A stretch of 64,000 bases of DNA from Sorangiineae bacterium NIC37A_2 (GTDB taxonomy: Bacteria > Myxococcota_A > Polyangia > Polyangiales > Polyangiaceae): NCBI GenBank assembly GCA_002085155.1, contig NASX01000009.1, positions 59,323 to 123,322 of the forward strand. The letters run 5' to 3'. Below are positions 1 through 6,961 of this stretch, piece by piece (the stretch's first letter is position 1; each line of letters opens with the position of its first letter). The notes under the pieces are model-generated. The model saw only the letters and a program-made list of their open reading frames with translations. It was not told the origin of the DNA and ran no database searches. A program made the position numbers and the translations under genes.

Positions 1-723
1 ATTCGCCAGCAGGCCGCTGACGCGGAGATTCTCATCGACGGCATCTCGGTGAAGAGCAAGTCCAACGTCATCACCGGAGCTATCGACGGCGTTTCGCTTA
101 CTTTGAAGGACGAGACGAGCTCGAGCTTCAAGGTCCAGATCGCAGCCGATCCGACCAAGATGACGGAAAGCTTGAACGACTTCGTCAAGAAGTACAACGC
201 GGTCATCACCAAGATTCATACCGTCGCGGGGTTCGGTTCGATCAAAGGAACGAACAAGGAACTCATTGGAGACGCTGCGCTCCGAACCATCACGAGCGGG
301 CTCTCCTCGAAGGTGCTCTCCCGCGTCGGAGCCGACGGTGAACTCGGGAGTCTCGCGGACCTCGGAATCAAGCTGAACAACAACGGCACCCTGAAGCTTG
401 ACGAGGCCAAGATGAAGGAGAAGCTCACAGAGAATCCGGCCGGCTTCGTCAAGGCGCTAGCAGGTGACGAGTCGAACGATGGTCTCATGGACATCATGGG
501 CCGCCTGCTCAAGGGCTTCACGGAAAGCGGCACCGGGCTCATCGCGACCCGCCAAGACTCCTTCCAAGCGCGCATCAAGGCACTTCAAGACACCGCGGCC
601 CGCGAGCAGCTTCGGCTCGACCGCATGGAAACGCGCCTCCGCGCCGCCTTCTCGATCATGGACACCCAAGTCGCGGCGTCCCAAGACAAGCTCAACTATC
701 TCTATCAGTTTGGTGGTTTCTAG
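1..723 (+). CDS. fliD: Flagellar filament cap protein FliD, C-terminal part (5' end lies upstream of the window)
   Basis: Frame 1 is open from base 1 (IRQQAADAEILIDGISVKSK...) to TAG 721-723. The C-terminal heptad-rich segment QDSFQARIKALQDTAAREQLRLDRMETRLRAAFSIMDTQVAASQDKLNYL is the usual FliD C-terminus. fliS follows directly. Confidence 0.85.
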   Translation: MRQQAADAEILIDGISVKSKSNVITGAIDGVSLTLKDETSSSFKVQIAADPTKMTESLNDFVKKYNAVITKIHTVAGFGSIKGTNKELIGDAALRTITSGLSSKVLSRVGADGELGSLADLGIKLNNNGTLKLDEAKMKEKLTENPAGFVKALAGDESNDGLMDIMGRLLKGFTESGTGLIATRQDSFQARIKALQDTAAREQLRLDRMETRLRAAFSIMDTQVAASQDKLNYLYQFGGF

Positions 724-777
724 TCGGCAGGAGGCTGACGGGAGACCGGACGGTTCACTCGGAATTCATCAAAAAGG

Positions 778-820
778 CAAAGCACGGATGCTTTGTCCCC
801 CAAGGAGGCACGGATGCTTC
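778..820 (+). promoter_or_regulatory. Two GGA-loop hairpins in the fliD-fliS spacer; the second covers the fliS SD and ATG (candidate CsrA/RsmA-type sites)
   Basis: 778-784 CAAAGCA pairs with 789-795 TGCTTTG (7 bp) around loop CGGA. 805-810 pairs with 815-820 (6 bp, one G:U), again around loop CGGA. The 12-mer GCACGGATGCTT occurs twice (782-793 and 808-819). The second hairpin buries SD AAGGAGG (802-808) and ATG 814. Confidence 0.3.
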
Positions 821-1215
821 AAACTGCAGCAGCAAGGTACGAACGGGTCAAAGTCACGACGACGAGCAAGGGCGAGTTGCTCTTGGCTCTCTACGAGGGG
901 CTGTTCCGCTTCCTCAAAGGCGCTCAGATTTGCTTCGAGCGCGGCGAGCGAGTGCGCGGGCGAGAGCTCTCCTCCAAGGCGCATGCGATCATCAGCGAGT
1001 TCCAGATCGCTCTCGATCCCGACAAGGCCCCCGAGCTCTGCGCGCAACTCAGCGCTCTCTACGATTTCTGCCTCGACCGATTGCTCCAAGGCAGCGCGAA
1101 AGCTGAAGCTCAGCCCATTCAGGACGTGATCCGCGTCCTCACTCCACTCTACGATGCTTGGCAACAGGCGGTCCCCGAGGCAGCCCGTCAGGGCATCTGT
1201 AACCGGGCGGAGTGA
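814..1215 (+). CDS. fliS: Flagellar export chaperone FliS
   Basis: SD AAGGAGG lies 5 nt upstream of ATG 814 (the track ORF starts at TTG 793). AARYERVKVTTTSKGELLLALYEGLFRFL...KAHAIISEFQIALD...LSALYDFCLDRLLQG...LTPLYDAWQQA fits the FliS four-helix pattern. It sits directly after fliD. Confidence 0.85.
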   Translation: MLQTAAARYERVKVTTTSKGELLLALYEGLFRFLKGAQICFERGERVRGRELSSKAHAIISEFQIALDPDKAPELCAQLSALYDFCLDRLLQGSAKAEAQPIQDVIRVLTPLYDAWQQAVPEAARQGICNRAE

Positions 1216-1218
1216 GCC

Positions 1219-2571
1219 ATGGCTGCACCTCAAATCGGCGCGTCCCCCGAGGGACGGCGCTCTGTTGATCTCGTCGCACCGGCGTACAGCGAGCTGACGC
1301 TGGGCCGCTTTCGCGCAGCTTTCCCTGGAGACTCGACGACTGTCGAGGTGACTCGCTCGCGAGAGCGCTTCTATCCTGGGCTTTTCGGGCCGGCGCCCCG
1401 CACGGACTCCATCTACCGAGCTCTTGCGGCGTTCGTCCGCGACCAGAACGTTGTCGATATTGGCAGTGGCTCAGGCGCAGGCCTCGCTGTCTTGAGTGCC
1501 GCTCGCTCGCGGGTGGGCGTGGATGTCTCTGAAGAAGCCCACCGCTTCGCGACCCGGGCCACCCCTGGGGTGACTTTCCTCTGCCTCGACGCCGCCCAGG
1601 CCGAGCTGCCTCCCGCAGACGTGGTGACGATCGTCGACGTCTTGGGATGCGCCCACGATCCGGCTGCTCTCTTGCGCGCGGCGGCGCGCAGCTTGGGCGC
1701 TAGCGGGACTCTCTACGTGGCGGAACCTCGTGCATCCATCGCCCAGGAGCTCTTGCCTCCGGCTCGGGCGGCTTTTTCGAAGCAAGGTCTCGCGGTTCTG
1801 CTCGCGGAAGCAGGCTTCGAACTCGAAGCTTGGCTCAGTGAGGGCAGGTTTTGGGTGGTACGGGCTCGGCGCGTGCCGAACATTTGGGCCGAACGGCTCG
1901 AGCTCGCTCGCAGCCAACTGCGGGCCTCTGACGTCAATCGAGCGCTCGAGATCCTGTCCCAGCCTCCTCCCGAGCCGGGCGGGCTTCTCGAGGCTTCCTG
2001 GGCCCTTCTCAGCGCGGAAGCCCATCGTTTGCGAGGAGACGGCGACGCGGCGCTCACCGCCCTCATCCGTGGTCACGAACAGGCCCCGGACGACGCGCGG
2101 CTCCTCGCTCGTCTCGCCGAAGTGCTGATCGATAGCGGCGAACGGGAGCAGGCCGAGCGCTTCGCCAGCGCGGCGGTCGATAGGGATCCAGCTTCGGCGG
2201 AGGCGGTGCGGGCTCGCGCGCGAGCTCTCACGGTGAGCGCGACTCCGGAAGAGCGTGTGGGGCTGTGGCAGCGCGCCTTGCGTCTGGACCCGAGCAATAT
2301 GGACCTTTCGGTGCGTCTCGCCATCGCGGCATCCGAGGTCGGTTGTTATTCGATAGGGATGACGGCGCTCGAGAAGGTCCGGGAATACGGGGGCAACTTG
2401 CCCGCCGATTTCCACCTTACCCTCGGCTGGCTCAGGCTCATGGTCGGCCGGCTCGAAGAAGCTCTCGTCGAATGTCGCTGGGCCCAGCTCATCGAGCCGA
2501 ACCACCCTGGTGTCATGGATCTCCAGCTCGCGATTTGCGAATCCGATCCTAAGCCACTCGGCCAGTGTTAG
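1219..2571 (+). CDS. Class I SAM-dependent methyltransferase fused to a C-terminal TPR-like domain
   Basis: ATG 1219 is 3 nt after the fliS TGA (1213-1215). SAM motif I is VVDIGSGSGAGLAVL, followed by VGVDVSEEA and DVVTIVDVLG. The C-terminal ~220 aa are A/L/R-rich TPR-like repeats (GDGDAALTALIRGHEQAPDDARLLARLAEVLIDSGEREQAERFASAAVDRDPASAEA...). Confidence 0.75.
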   Translation: MAAPQIGASPEGRRSVDLVAPAYSELTLGRFRAAFPGDSTTVEVTRSRERFYPGLFGPAPRTDSIYRALAAFVRDQNVVDIGSGSGAGLAVLSAARSRVGVDVSEEAHRFATRATPGVTFLCLDAAQAELPPADVVTIVDVLGCAHDPAALLRAAARSLGASGTLYVAEPRASIAQELLPPARAAFSKQGLAVLLAEAGFELEAWLSEGRFWVVRARRVPNIWAERLELARSQLRASDVNRALEILSQPPPEPGGLLEASWALLSAEAHRLRGDGDAALTALIRGHEQAPDDARLLARLAEVLIDSGEREQAERFASAAVDRDPASAEAVRARARALTVSATPEERVGLWQRALRLDPSNMDLSVRLAIAASEVGCYSIGMTALEKVREYGGNLPADFHLTLGWLRLMVGRLEEALVECRWAQLIEPNHPGVMDLQLAICESDPKPLGQC

Positions 2572-3370
2572 CCGCTATTGCCCCCTGAGCGACCGTGCCC
2601 TCCGAGAACCCGAACAGGTCGCTCGTCCGGTCTTCGGCGGCGCGAGCGGCGATTACGGTCTTGCCATGGAGCTGACGAGACGCCTCGGAGGCCAAAAACA
2701 CGATGGCCGCCCGCGTCTCTTCGCATTTGACGATCCGAGACAAGAAGGAGATCCCTTGGAGGGGCTCGGCGAAGCGAGCCCCGAGGGCGCGCGGCGGTGT
2801 CCCTTCGAAAATCGAGTTCACCCGTACTCCATCGTCCCGAAAATAGTTGGCAAGATAGCGGGTCATGACGATCACGCTTTCTGCGTCGAGGCCAGGTACG
2901 AGGTCCGTGCCTGGTACGATGTTGACGATGGTGCCGCCGCCAGATGCCGCCATGAAGGCGCCGAAGGCCAGGCTCGCGCCGAGTGCGCCGCGCATCCCCA
3001 TCGCGAGCTCGGCATGCCACTTTTCGAGAGGCTGCTCCTGATGGACTGGAGTCGTCGAGAGCGCTTCGTCGGGGCCGTTCAGGACCACGTCGATGCGACC
3101 ATGTTTGGCGATGATCGCGGCTAAGAGCTCGTGACAAGAATCACGGCGGGTCGGATTGAGGTAACCCGCGCTCACCTCGCGCCCACCGAGATCCGAGGCG
3201 ACCCTCTGAGCGCGGGCGTAGTTCGAATCTCCGATGACGACTTCGGCGCCGGCTTCGAGGGCCGCGCGGGCGGCCTCCTGACCGAGCTGGCCGGCGCCAC
3301 AAGTGACGACAACCACGCGATCTTTGAGGCTGAAGCTATCGCTGAGCAGAGGTGAGAGTGCGGTGTTCAT
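2549..3370 (-). CDS. SDR-fold NAD(P)-binding protein, atypical (catalytic Ser-Tyr-Lys not evident)
   Basis: The Rossmann start DRVVVVTCGAGQLGQEAARAALEAGAEVVIGD, plus GRIDVVLN, GTIVNIV, VRVNSI and IVFLASEASRQLHG, are SDR-like. By-eye alignment puts Pro/Ala where the catalytic Tyr/Lys normally sit. The 3' end overlaps the convergent methyltransferase ORF by 23 nt. Confidence 0.65.
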   Translation of the reverse strand: MNTALSPLLSDSFSLKDRVVVVTCGAGQLGQEAARAALEAGAEVVIGDSNYARAQRVASDLGGREVSAGYLNPTRRDSCHELLAAIIAKHGRIDVVLNGPDEALSTTPVHQEQPLEKWHAELAMGMRGALGASLAFGAFMAASGGGTIVNIVPGTDLVPGLDAESVIVMTRYLANYFRDDGVRVNSIFEGTPPRALGARFAEPLQGISFLSRIVKCEETRAAIVFLASEASRQLHGKTVIAARAAEDRTSDLFGFSEGTVAQGAIAANTGRVA

Positions 3371-3391
3371 GCGGTGAGAGGGGAGTCGAAA

Positions 3392-4240
3392 TTATGCGTC
3401 TTCGCGGTCCGGTTGCTGCGCAATGCGGAGCGCTGCGATGGCCAAGTGATCGCTGAAAGTCTGGAGATCGACGGAAGCAGAGGGGAGGCTCCGGGTGAAC
3501 GGTGCGCTCGAGCCGAGCGGCTGTGCGCGCTCTGGGCTGGCAACAGCGCCATTCGGGTTTCGGGCCACCCTTGCCAAGCCCTCCGCGGGGCGCGCGGGTG
3601 AGAACTCGAGCCTCGGTGCACGAGGTCTCTCTACGCCGGGTTCGAAGATGCCCTCGCGCAAGAGGGCGGCGGCTTTGTTCGACACGGAGCGGACATAGGC
3701 GCCCTTCTCTCCGGTGAAATAGCCCCCGGCGTGGAGCTCCTCGACGAAGCGGGCGGGGTCGCCCTCTCGGGCGGCCTCGAGAGCCTTGGGATACTTACGC
3801 TCGAGAAGGCTGACGTAGTCTACGGCGCCTTCGTGGGCGGTTTGGTAGGCGCGGAAACGGTCGCGGATCGTCACTTCGTGGGCGCCGTAGCCCTCGCGGG
3901 TGCGCTGGGTGACGTGGAGCCCTGAGGGGCCGGTGCCTTTGATGCCCCCGAAGTTGTAATTGAACATGGAGCTCCCGCCCCCTGTTTCGTGGCTCCACTG
4001 GGCGGTCAAAATGGCGACAGCCTCCGCGGGCGGCGGCGCGCCGAATTTCTCGGCCCAGGCGCCCTCGAGCGCAGCCCCAGCTTCCGCTGCCGAGAGCCGG
4101 GTGCGCGTCGCGGCGACCGCCTGACCCTCGGCGGCTCGCAGCTTCTGGGCGAACTCGGGACGAACGGGGGCTCTGGGGCCCTCAGGTTCGCGCGGAATTC
4201 CGCTCGGGAGGAGTGCGCCAATCTGCACGCCTCGCCTCAA
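3392..4240 (-). CDS. flgJ: FlgJ-like peptidoglycan hydrolase (glucosaminidase/muramidase domain)
   Basis: AILTAQWSHETGGGSSMFNYNFGGIKG...FRAYQTAHEGAVDYVSLLERKYPKALEAA...LHAGGYFTGEKGAYVRSV parallels the C-terminal glucosaminidase domain of FlgJ. It lies in a flagellar neighbourhood. The start (TTG 4240 or GTG 4228) is uncertain. Confidence 0.7.
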   Translation of the reverse strand: MRRGVQIGALLPSGIPREPEGPRAPVRPEFAQKLRAAEGQAVAATRTRLSAAEAGAALEGAWAEKFGAPPPAEAVAILTAQWSHETGGGSSMFNYNFGGIKGTGPSGLHVTQRTREGYGAHEVTIRDRFRAYQTAHEGAVDYVSLLERKYPKALEAAREGDPARFVEELHAGGYFTGEKGAYVRSVSNKAAALLREGIFEPGVERPRAPRLEFSPARPAEGLARVARNPNGAVASPERAQPLGSSAPFTRSLPSASVDLQTFSDHLAIAALRIAQQPDREDA

Positions 4241-4256
4241 AGCAAGGCGTGGGCCA
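4241..4256 (-). promoter_or_regulatory. Sigma-54-type -24/-12 motif upstream of the flgJ-like gene
   Basis: The minus strand reads CTTGGCCC-ACGCC-TTGCT (TGGCCC 4256-4251, TTGC 4245-4242), which fits TGGCAC-N5-TTGC. It sits 14 nt upstream of the in-frame GTG 4228. Confidence 0.35.
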
Positions 4257-4468
4257 AGCCGCTGCGCGTGGGTTTTTGGGGTCGGTCGGGCCCTCGGATC
4301 AGCCTCTTCCTATGGGGCAGTGTTTTCCGAGACCACACTCTCTCAAAAGGGTTCAGTCAGTCCTTTGACACTTGCGGGTTGACCTGACGTCCGGGTGTTG
4401 ACGCCCCGAGATCGACGTTCAGGCGCTATTTTCAGGTCCTTAGAGGTGGCAATGCCTCGGATTCGACT

Positions 4469-4484
4469 TGGCCCGGCGCTTGCT
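4469..4484 (+). promoter_or_regulatory. Sigma-54-type -24/-12 motif upstream of flgF
   Basis: CTTGGCCC-GGCGC-TTGCT (TGGCCC 4469-4474, TTGC 4480-4483). It sits 15 nt upstream of the flgF ATG 4498. The same 13 fixed bases occur in the minus-strand copy at 4241-4256. Confidence 0.35.
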
Positions 4485-4497
4485 GAACCATCGCTCG

Positions 4498-5241
4498 ATG
4501 GCTTCAGGAATTTGGGCAGCAGCCTCCGGTGCAGTCTCACAAGTGGCGCTCCTCGACACCGCCGCGAACAACCTCGCGAACGTGGACACGAACGGCTTCC
4601 AGCCAGACCGCCTCGTCTTTCGTCGCGTCTTGCAGAGCGCACACGGTGGGGGCGAAGCGCATCCGAGCCTCGAGTACTCGGTGGGCCGAACCTCGGCCCA
4701 TGAGACCCGCGCTGGACGCGCCGTGCCGACGGGCCGCGATCTCGATCTTGCCCTCACTGGTGATGGACAATATTTCCCGGTGCAAACCGCCGACGGGGTC
4801 CGCTACACGCGCGCCGGGAGCCTGCAGATTGCTCCCGACGGTGCTCTCACGATGCAAGGGGGGGCCACCTACCTGAACCAGAATCACCGCCCGATCATCG
4901 TTCCCCTCGGAGTCGGCCACGTGAAAGTCGAGAACACGGGAGAGCTCTCTTACGATGGAAGACCGAGTGGTGAGCGCATCGCCGTCGTTCAATTTCACAA
5001 TCCCGGTGCCCTCGTCAAAGAAGGAAACGTGCTTCTGGCCGCTCCTCCCGCCGCTGGCCCTCCACTGCGAGTCGATGTTCCTTACTTGCAGACAGGTGCT
5101 CTCGAGAAAGGGTCCGATCAGGCAATGAAACATATGAGCACGGTGGTGCAAGCGAGCCGGGATTTCGAGGTGCTCTCCCAGGTCATCCAGGCTTTCCGGG
5201 ATGTTGAGAAGAGCGCCGCCCGGGACATCAGCGGATCTTAG
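4498..5241 (+). CDS. flgF: Flagellar basal-body rod protein (FlgF/FlgG family, length favours FlgF)
   Basis: It has the N-terminal rod motif MASGIWAAASGAVSQVALLDTAANNLANVDTNGF and the C-terminal LQTGALEKGSDQAMKHMSTVVQASRDFEVLSQVIQAF. The track ORF begins at TTG 4468, but the family N-terminus aligns with ATG 4498. Confidence 0.8.
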   Translation: MASGIWAAASGAVSQVALLDTAANNLANVDTNGFQPDRLVFRRVLQSAHGGGEAHPSLEYSVGRTSAHETRAGRAVPTGRDLDLALTGDGQYFPVQTADGVRYTRAGSLQIAPDGALTMQGGATYLNQNHRPIIVPLGVGHVKVENTGELSYDGRPSGERIAVVQFHNPGALVKEGNVLLAAPPAAGPPLRVDVPYLQTGALEKGSDQAMKHMSTVVQASRDFEVLSQVIQAFRDVEKSAARDISGS

Positions 5242-5272
5242 CCAATCATTCCAGCGGATTGGCTGATTGGCT
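5240..5272 (+). terminator. Hairpin plus direct repeat at the flgF stop (terminator or protein-binding site)
   Basis: AGCCAATC (5240-5247) and GATTGGCT (5257-5264) form an 8-bp inverted repeat with a 9-nt loop, overlapping TAG 5239-5241. GATTGGCT is repeated directly at 5265-5272 and is followed by TTTGTG. Confidence 0.3.
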
Positions 5273-5307
5273 TTGTGAACTCGTCAGGCGCGTGATCGAG
5301 TAAGCGA

Positions 5308-5685
5308 GTGGATCGCGTCCGGATTCTTCTCGTCGACGACGATGAGCTGGTGGCCAAAGCCATGGCTCGAACGCTTCTTCGAGGGGCGGATGTTGACCAC
5401 GAGAGCCGGATCGAGTCCGCGCTGGAGCGCATCGCGTCCGACCCGAATTATGACTTGATCCTTTGCGACCTGTACCTCGGTGCGGCGCGTGGCACCGAGC
5501 TCTACCAGATCGTGCTCGAGCGTTTGCCGAGCTATAGCTCACGAATCGCGTTCATGAGTGGGTTCGGGGAGACGCCACGGGAGCTCGAAACGCTGCGTGA
5601 GGTGCCTTGTCTAGGCAAACCCGTGCCCGTCGAAGCCGTGATTGCCTTAGCGCGCCAGGGAAGATCCCGCGTCCACGGTTCGTAG
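5308..5685 (+). CDS. Stand-alone CheY-like response regulator receiver domain
   Basis: RILLVDDDELVAKAMARTL...YDLILCDLYLG...IAFMSGFG...CLGKPV shows the acidic DD pair, the phospho-acceptor Asp and the conserved Lys. There is no output domain. GTG start. Confidence 0.8.
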   Translation: MDRVRILLVDDDELVAKAMARTLLRGADVDHESRIESALERIASDPNYDLILCDLYLGAARGTELYQIVLERLPSYSSRIAFMSGFGETPRELETLREVPCLGKPVPVEAVIALARQGRSRVHGS

Positions 5686-5770
5686 ACACGCCGCCGGGTC
5701 TTTGGCATCCTCCCGTCCGTTTGGGGACGGGGGGCCAAATGCTCACGCTCCCTCGAGAGGACAATCGACG

Positions 5771-6841
5771 ATGCTGAATCACTCACGAAAGTTAGGCCTT
5801 CTGATCCCTTCGCTCGCTCTCGCTATCGCGTGTGGCGGCGGCTCGACCACGCGGATGGTCGATGACCCGACGGGCCAAGCGACGACCTACGGCGGACCGA
5901 AGAACACGAGCTACCACGCGGAAGTCGACACCTCGCAGGGAGCCGCTCAGGTGACAGTTTTCCAGTCGTCGCTCTGTGACGTCATCCCGATCACGGTGAT
6001 GCAGCGCTACGAGGAGGTCCTCCACGGCGACAAGGTGGTCCAGCGCAACCCGGTCACCAAGAAGCAGGTGGCGGGTGATCCGACCGGGACGGTCCCCTGT
6101 GACCAGACCTACGCGCGCAACGTTGAGGTCTTCTTGGCTGCCGGTGACGGGCGCCACAGCATCGGGAAGACGGACGAACGTGGCGTCGTCTCAGCCGATC
6201 TGGCGCAGGTCTTTCAGGTAGCGAACTACGATCAGGTTCCGGACAAGGTCGAGATCGTCTTGCGCCCGCTGCGCGCGCGCGAGGTCGTCTCCGCGGGTTC
6301 GGTCTCGCTCTCAGAGCTGAAGCGTCAGCAGGGCCGAGTCGGAGAGCTCCTCGCATCTCTCGAGGAAATCCTCGCCAAGGGCGAGACCGGCGCGAGCCCG
6401 GCAGAGATCACCAAATCCTACGAGGTATACGCAACGCTCCAGGCGATGGCTCCTCACGACCCGCGGGTGAAGGGAATTTCGGCCCGTTTCTGGGAGCTCT
6501 TCTACGGTCGCAAACAGGAAGAGGGCCGCGAAAAGATGGAGAAGAACCTCAAGGCTCTGGGCGCCGCGAAAGAGACGCTCAAGGTGATGGGAGACGCGGC
6601 GATTCCTCTCTACGTCCAGGCTGCAGTCAACAGCGGCACTTTGGACTCGAGTGCGGTCGAGTGGTCGACATTGAGACTCATCTCGGCTTTGCGAGCCGCT
6701 CCCACAGTGTGTGCGAATTTCAGCTTTGGCAGCGTAGGAACTTATGGTTGGCCGGCGGACGCTCGCCTGGCGGCCTCCTATGTGAACTTTGCCCGCGGCG
6801 ATAGCTACGCATCGATCCTGTCGCGCGCCTGTGGGCGTTAA
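5771..6841 (+). CDS. Hypothetical lipoprotein
   Basis: ATG 5771 gives MLNHSRKLGLLIPSLALAIACGGGS (signal peptide plus lipobox-like LAIAC). High third-position GC runs through the frame. I recognised no catalytic motif. Confidence 0.55.
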   Translation: MLNHSRKLGLLIPSLALAIACGGGSTTRMVDDPTGQATTYGGPKNTSYHAEVDTSQGAAQVTVFQSSLCDVIPITVMQRYEEVLHGDKVVQRNPVTKKQVAGDPTGTVPCDQTYARNVEVFLAAGDGRHSIGKTDERGVVSADLAQVFQVANYDQVPDKVEIVLRPLRAREVVSAGSVSLSELKRQQGRVGELLASLEEILAKGETGASPAEITKSYEVYATLQAMAPHDPRVKGISARFWELFYGRKQEEGREKMEKNLKALGAAKETLKVMGDAAIPLYVQAAVNSGTLDSSAVEWSTLRLISALRAAPTVCANFSFGSVGTYGWPADARLAASYVNFARGDSYASILSRACGR

Positions 6842-6961
6842 CAGGAGCGGAAAAGAACTCCGTGGCGCGCGCCAGGGCCTCCCTCTCGGGTGAGGCTCTC
6901 GGCGCGCTCGCTTTCTTCGGCTCCTTGACCCTGCTAGCCGGAGCGGCGATCGTGCGCCCTG

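Noticed and set aside
464-1129. 221-aa plus-strand ORF bridging fliD and fliS in another frame
   Set aside because: It overlaps two genes with clear family identity. Its Ser/Arg/Pro-rich translation has no support.
2549-2571. Convergent 3'-end overlaps (2549-2571, 33120-33135, 48574-48590), considered as antisense regulatory arrangements
   Set aside because: Short convergent overlaps are common in compact high-GC genomes and may partly reflect stop-codon scarcity. No additional structure supports a regulatory role.
4365-4403. Three TTGAC(A/C/G) hexamers (4365, 4379, 4398) in the flgJ/flgF spacer, considered as stacked -35 boxes or an operator
   Set aside because: The spacing is irregular (14 and 19 nt) and no matching -10 elements are present. 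They cannot be distinguished from chance.
4454-4465. 12-mer GCCTCGGATTCG shared between the flgF upstream region (4454-4465) and the cheW/PilZ spacer (20513-20524), considered as a common motility operator
   Set aside because: In 64 kb of compositionally biased DNA, many 12-mers recur by chance. There is no symmetry, and the position relative to the start codons differs between the two copies.
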